A stretch of DNA of 64,000 nt, taken from the NCBI GenBank assembly GCA_963709585.1, contig CAVPXI010000014.1, positions 64,001 through 128,000 of the forward strand. Direction: 5' to 3'. The notes beneath the pieces were generated by a model that was given only the letters and a program-made list of their open reading frames with translations, searched no databases and was not told the DNA's origin. The position numbers were made by a program, and so were the translations under genes. This document shows positions 61,261 to 64,000 of the stretch, in pieces (position 1 is the stretch's first letter; each line of letters opens with the position of its first letter). Origin of the DNA: Candidatus Dormiibacterota bacterium. GTDB taxonomy: Bacteria; Chloroflexota; Dormibacteria; Aeolococcales; Aeolococcaceae.

Positions 61261-62205
61261 TCACTGTGTCATCGCCTGGCGTACGGTCTCGACGACCGTT
61301 CCCGCGGGCGCGCCACCCGGATGTCCGGCGGCCGCAAGCCAGTCAAGGAACTGGCCCATCAGCCGGTCGTCGATCGCACTCCAGCTCGACATGCAGGTCT
61401 TGTAGTCGGCCGCGGCGTGGTCGCAGACCTGGTGGAAGGTGAGCGGCAGCCAGCCGCCGCCGTGCGCCGCCGCCGCGTTGACGAAGGTCTCCAGGTCAGC
61501 GAGGTTTTTCGCCTTCGGTGCGTCGACATCGACGGTACGCAAGGCGTACGGGTCCTTCGGCGGCAGCGTATCCGCCCAGGGGAAGCTCGGGACCGTGGTT
61601 AACAGAGATGCGTCCCCACCTTCTCTGGAGTTCAAGTATCCGCACGACCCGACGATGGCCTCGGCGGCGGTGTTGAATGCGCCGAACGGATACGCATACG
61701 AGACCGGGTCCACGATCCCGTGGGCGAGCAGGTCCGTGCGCGACCCGCACACGTCTGCCAGCTTGTCGGTGTAGGAAACTGCCGGATCGGTAAGCCTGAC
61801 GTGACTCACACCATGCCCACCGATGTCGTCGCCCTCGCTCTGCAGCGTGCGCAGCTGTGCAAACGACATGCAGCAGCGGAAGGGTCCGTCACTGTCCGAC
61901 GTGATCACGTAGTACGTCGCATTCATGTGACGCGCGCGAAGCAGCGGTCGCAGGTAAAGGTACTGGTCCAGGTAGCCATCGTCGAAGGTGAGCGATATCA
62001 CCAACTTTGGGGGGCGCAGATGGACCACCGTGGTGTTCGCCTGCGCGGAGGCGCAAGCGCTGACCCCCCACGCAGTCGCTATCGACACTGCCCCGAGGGC
62101 AGCGACTCTCAGAAAACGCCGCGGTTGCTGACTCGAGCGCACGCGGCGCTGCACCTGCTCGAGCGGACTGCGTCGTGGCGGGATGCCTCGGTGCACGTCG
62201 CTCAT
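61261..62205 (-). CDS. polysaccharide deacetylase (CE4/NodB) lipoprotein with intact motifs
   Basis: SLTFDDGY, IGGHGVSH, YAYPFG, LTFHQV; lipobox-like VSAC; ATGA overlap with the upstream gene. Confidence 0.88.
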   Translation of the reverse strand: MSDVHRGIPPRRSPLEQVQRRVRSSQQPRRFLRVAALGAVSIATAWGVSACASAQANTTVVHLRPPKLVISLTFDDGYLDQYLYLRPLLRARHMNATYYVITSDSDGPFRCCMSFAQLRTLQSEGDDIGGHGVSHVRLTDPAVSYTDKLADVCGSRTDLLAHGIVDPVSYAYPFGAFNTAAEAIVGSCGYLNSREGGDASLLTTVPSFPWADTLPPKDPYALRTVDVDAPKAKNLADLETFVNAAAAHGGGWLPLTFHQVCDHAAADYKTCMSSWSAIDDRLMGQFLDWLAAAGHPGGAPAGTVVETVRQAMTQ

Positions 62206-63017
62206 GCCTGCTCCGTGCCCACGAAGTTCTCGTAGACGGTCTCGGCTCGCTTGCGCAGGACCGCGAGCGAGGGATGCGTCCACTGTTGGCGCAGCGACCG
62301 CTTGGTGTCCTCACGATTCGCGGACGGGACCCACGCCTCCCTGTCCTCCAGCGATGTCGCGGCGCGAAGGTCGGCGAGCGCTTTGTCCAGCTCCGCTCGA
62401 CTGACCTTCCCCGACTCGAAGCCGAGCAGGATCCGCGAGAGCGTGCCGCGCAACCCGGAGAAATCGAGGACCTCGCGCACACTTGATTCCGTGTGCTCGA
62501 ACTCCGCGAAGCTCGTGCGGAAGCGCGTGTTGAGTCGCCGGATCACGTCGCCGAAGTCGTTGGTGACCTGCTCGAACTCACCGACCACGAACCGGTCGCG
62601 GTAGGGAAGCAGGCACGTGTAGAACCGCGAGTACGCGATCAGCGCGCCGGACACGCTCACCCAGGGCTCGCGCACAACTTGAGACAGGATTGCCCCCTGC
62701 GGCTTGCGGATCAGCACAAGCGCCGGTACGCCGCGCCGGGCCGCCTCGATCAGTTGCGCCGGGGCGTGCAGGTGGTGCGCCAGGCGCACCGGCTTGGGTT
62801 GCGACAGCTGCAGCGCATAAACGGCGAATGTCGTCGCGGATCGCGTGTAGCCGTCGATCACCAGCTCGGTCTCAGGGCTGATCACCTCCGGGCTGGGGCC
62901 GGGATATTTCCGCCGCGCGAACGGCAGATAGAGCGACGGGTACTCCGCTACCCGCGTACGCAGCCGGTGCCGGGCTCGGCTCGCAAGGGAGACCGACGAT
63001 CGAGCGACCACTGTCAC
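62202..63017 (-). CDS. sulfotransferase-like P-loop protein
   Basis: IDGYTRSATTF resembles the 5'-PSB loop (GxPRSGTT) and LIRKPQGAILS resembles the 3'-PB motif (RxPxDxxxS). Confidence 0.55.
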   Translation of the reverse strand: MTVVARSSVSLASRARHRLRTRVAEYPSLYLPFARRKYPGPSPEVISPETELVIDGYTRSATTFAVYALQLSQPKPVRLAHHLHAPAQLIEAARRGVPALVLIRKPQGAILSQVVREPWVSVSGALIAYSRFYTCLLPYRDRFVVGEFEQVTNDFGDVIRRLNTRFRTSFAEFEHTESSVREVLDFSGLRGTLSRILLGFESGKVSRAELDKALADLRAATSLEDREAWVPSANREDTKRSLRQQWTHPSLAVLRKRAETVYENFVGTEQA

Positions 63018-64000
63018 ACCTCCACAGCCACGCGGTCGTGCTGAAGAGCGTCATGGCGCTTGCGGCCGAGAAGTCGCTGGTAGACCTTCAAGTAGGTGCT
63101 TTCCTGCCGCTCCCACGCGAGCCGCTGGGCAACCCCTCGGCGTCCGGCCCGTCCCATGTCGGCCCGAAGCTCAGGGTCGTCAAGCAGCTTGTCGACCAGG
63201 CGCGCGAAACCGATCACATCTCTGGACACCGCGTACGCCGCTGCGTCGCCGGCGAGCGCCCTGGTCTCCCGAAGGTCGAAGCCGACGAAGGGCAGCCCGT
63301 ACGCCATGTACTCCATTCCTTTGACCGGTGAGACGATTTCCTCGAGGTTCGGCTCCAGCCCGAGATCGGCAGAGGACAGATAGGTGGACACCGCCTCCTG
63401 CCCGACCCAACCGGTGAAGCTAACCCAGTTTTCGAGGCCGAGATCCGCGGCGAGTTGCTCACACGCCGCGCGCGCCTCACCGTCTCCCAGGAAAGCGAAA
63501 TGGCAATCCGTTCGACCGATCACATGGACCAGGTGATCGACCATCCGAAGGGCCACGTCGACACGGTCCTGCGGGCCCATGAAGCCGACCCAGCAGCAGA
63601 GGTAGCGTCGTCCCTTCTTGAGCTCGGGACGCATCGGCACGACGCGCAACTCTTCGAGCACGGGGCCGTTGCCGACGACGCTCACCTTTCCTGGCCGTAG
63701 ACCACCTCGAGCGTACGCGACGTTCTCGAGCGACTGATTGACAGTGATCACGTGATCGGCGACCCGATAGCTCTCCCGCTCGAGCCAGCAGAGCAACTGG
63801 AACACGATTCCGCGACGGAGGCCGTATCGCAATTGGTACAGCTCAGGCGAGAGATCCCGCTGATCGAGCACGAGGCGGCGGCCGAGGAGCTTGAAGGGCG
63901 CTCCGATGGCGAAGTAGATGTCCGGCGTTCCGCTGACCTGGACGGCATCGAACGGATCGCTGACGAAGACCCGGACGGAGAGAAAGGCGGCCAGCAACCA
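63014..64000 (-). CDS. glycosyltransferase family 4 protein (5' end beyond window)
   Basis: LDQRDLSPE, VVGNG, VGFMGPQDRVD, LGDGE, FTGWV, SPVKGMEYMAYGLPFV. Confidence 0.9.
   Translation of the reverse strand, partial: WLLAAFLSVRVFVSDPFDAVQVSGTPDIYFAIGAPFKLLGRRLVLDQRDLSPELYQLRYGLRRGIVFQLLCWLERESYRVADHVITVNQSLENVAYARGGLRPGKVSVVGNGPVLEELRVVPMRPELKKGRRYLCCWVGFMGPQDRVDVALRMVDHLVHVIGRTDCHFAFLGDGEARAACEQLAADLGLENWVSFTGWVGQEAVSTYLSSADLGLEPNLEEIVSPVKGMEYMAYGLPFVGFDLRETRALAGDAAAYAVSRDVIGFARLVDKLLDDPELRADMGRAGRRGVAQRLAWERQESTYLKVYQRLLGRKRHDALQHDRVAVEV

Overview
This is a high-GC bacterial chromosomal window. Lipoprotein-type substrate-binding proteins and a CCA-less tRNA suggest a monoderm soil lineage such as Ca. 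Dormibacterota or Actinomycetota, but taxonomy cannot be fixed from sequence alone. Left to right it contains: (1) a partly decayed redox/detox gene block abutting the 3' end of tRNA-Pro(GGG); (2) a core run of dipeptidase-eno-metB-like-orf-cysM-mec-der; (3) a form-II-like coxSLM molybdo-hydroxylase coupled to mmsA and facing an amino-acid ABC importer; (4) two MFS genes, mgsA, a GntR regulator and an unannotated 50-aa CxxC/CxxC protein, with a shared operator-like motif; (5) a sugar ABC system; (6) a heme-copper oxidase operon led by an unusual cupredoxin, whose subunit I lacks the canonical D-channel Asp and K-channel Lys; (7) tauE and an AfuA/FbpA-type ABC system with a COG4280 gene; (8) secreted hydrolases; and (9) a glycan locus of GT4, sulfotransferase-like and NodB deacetylase genes ending in a ~2,500-aa surface protein built from mostly degenerate enzyme domains and 14 Fn3-like repeats. 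Many single-base frameshifts in otherwise intact genes suggest long-read indel errors. The best candidates for new biology are the cupredoxin/channel-variant oxidase operon, the giant pseudoenzyme protein locus, and the Zn-finger/GntR/mgsA module. All family calls come from motif recognition, not database searches.
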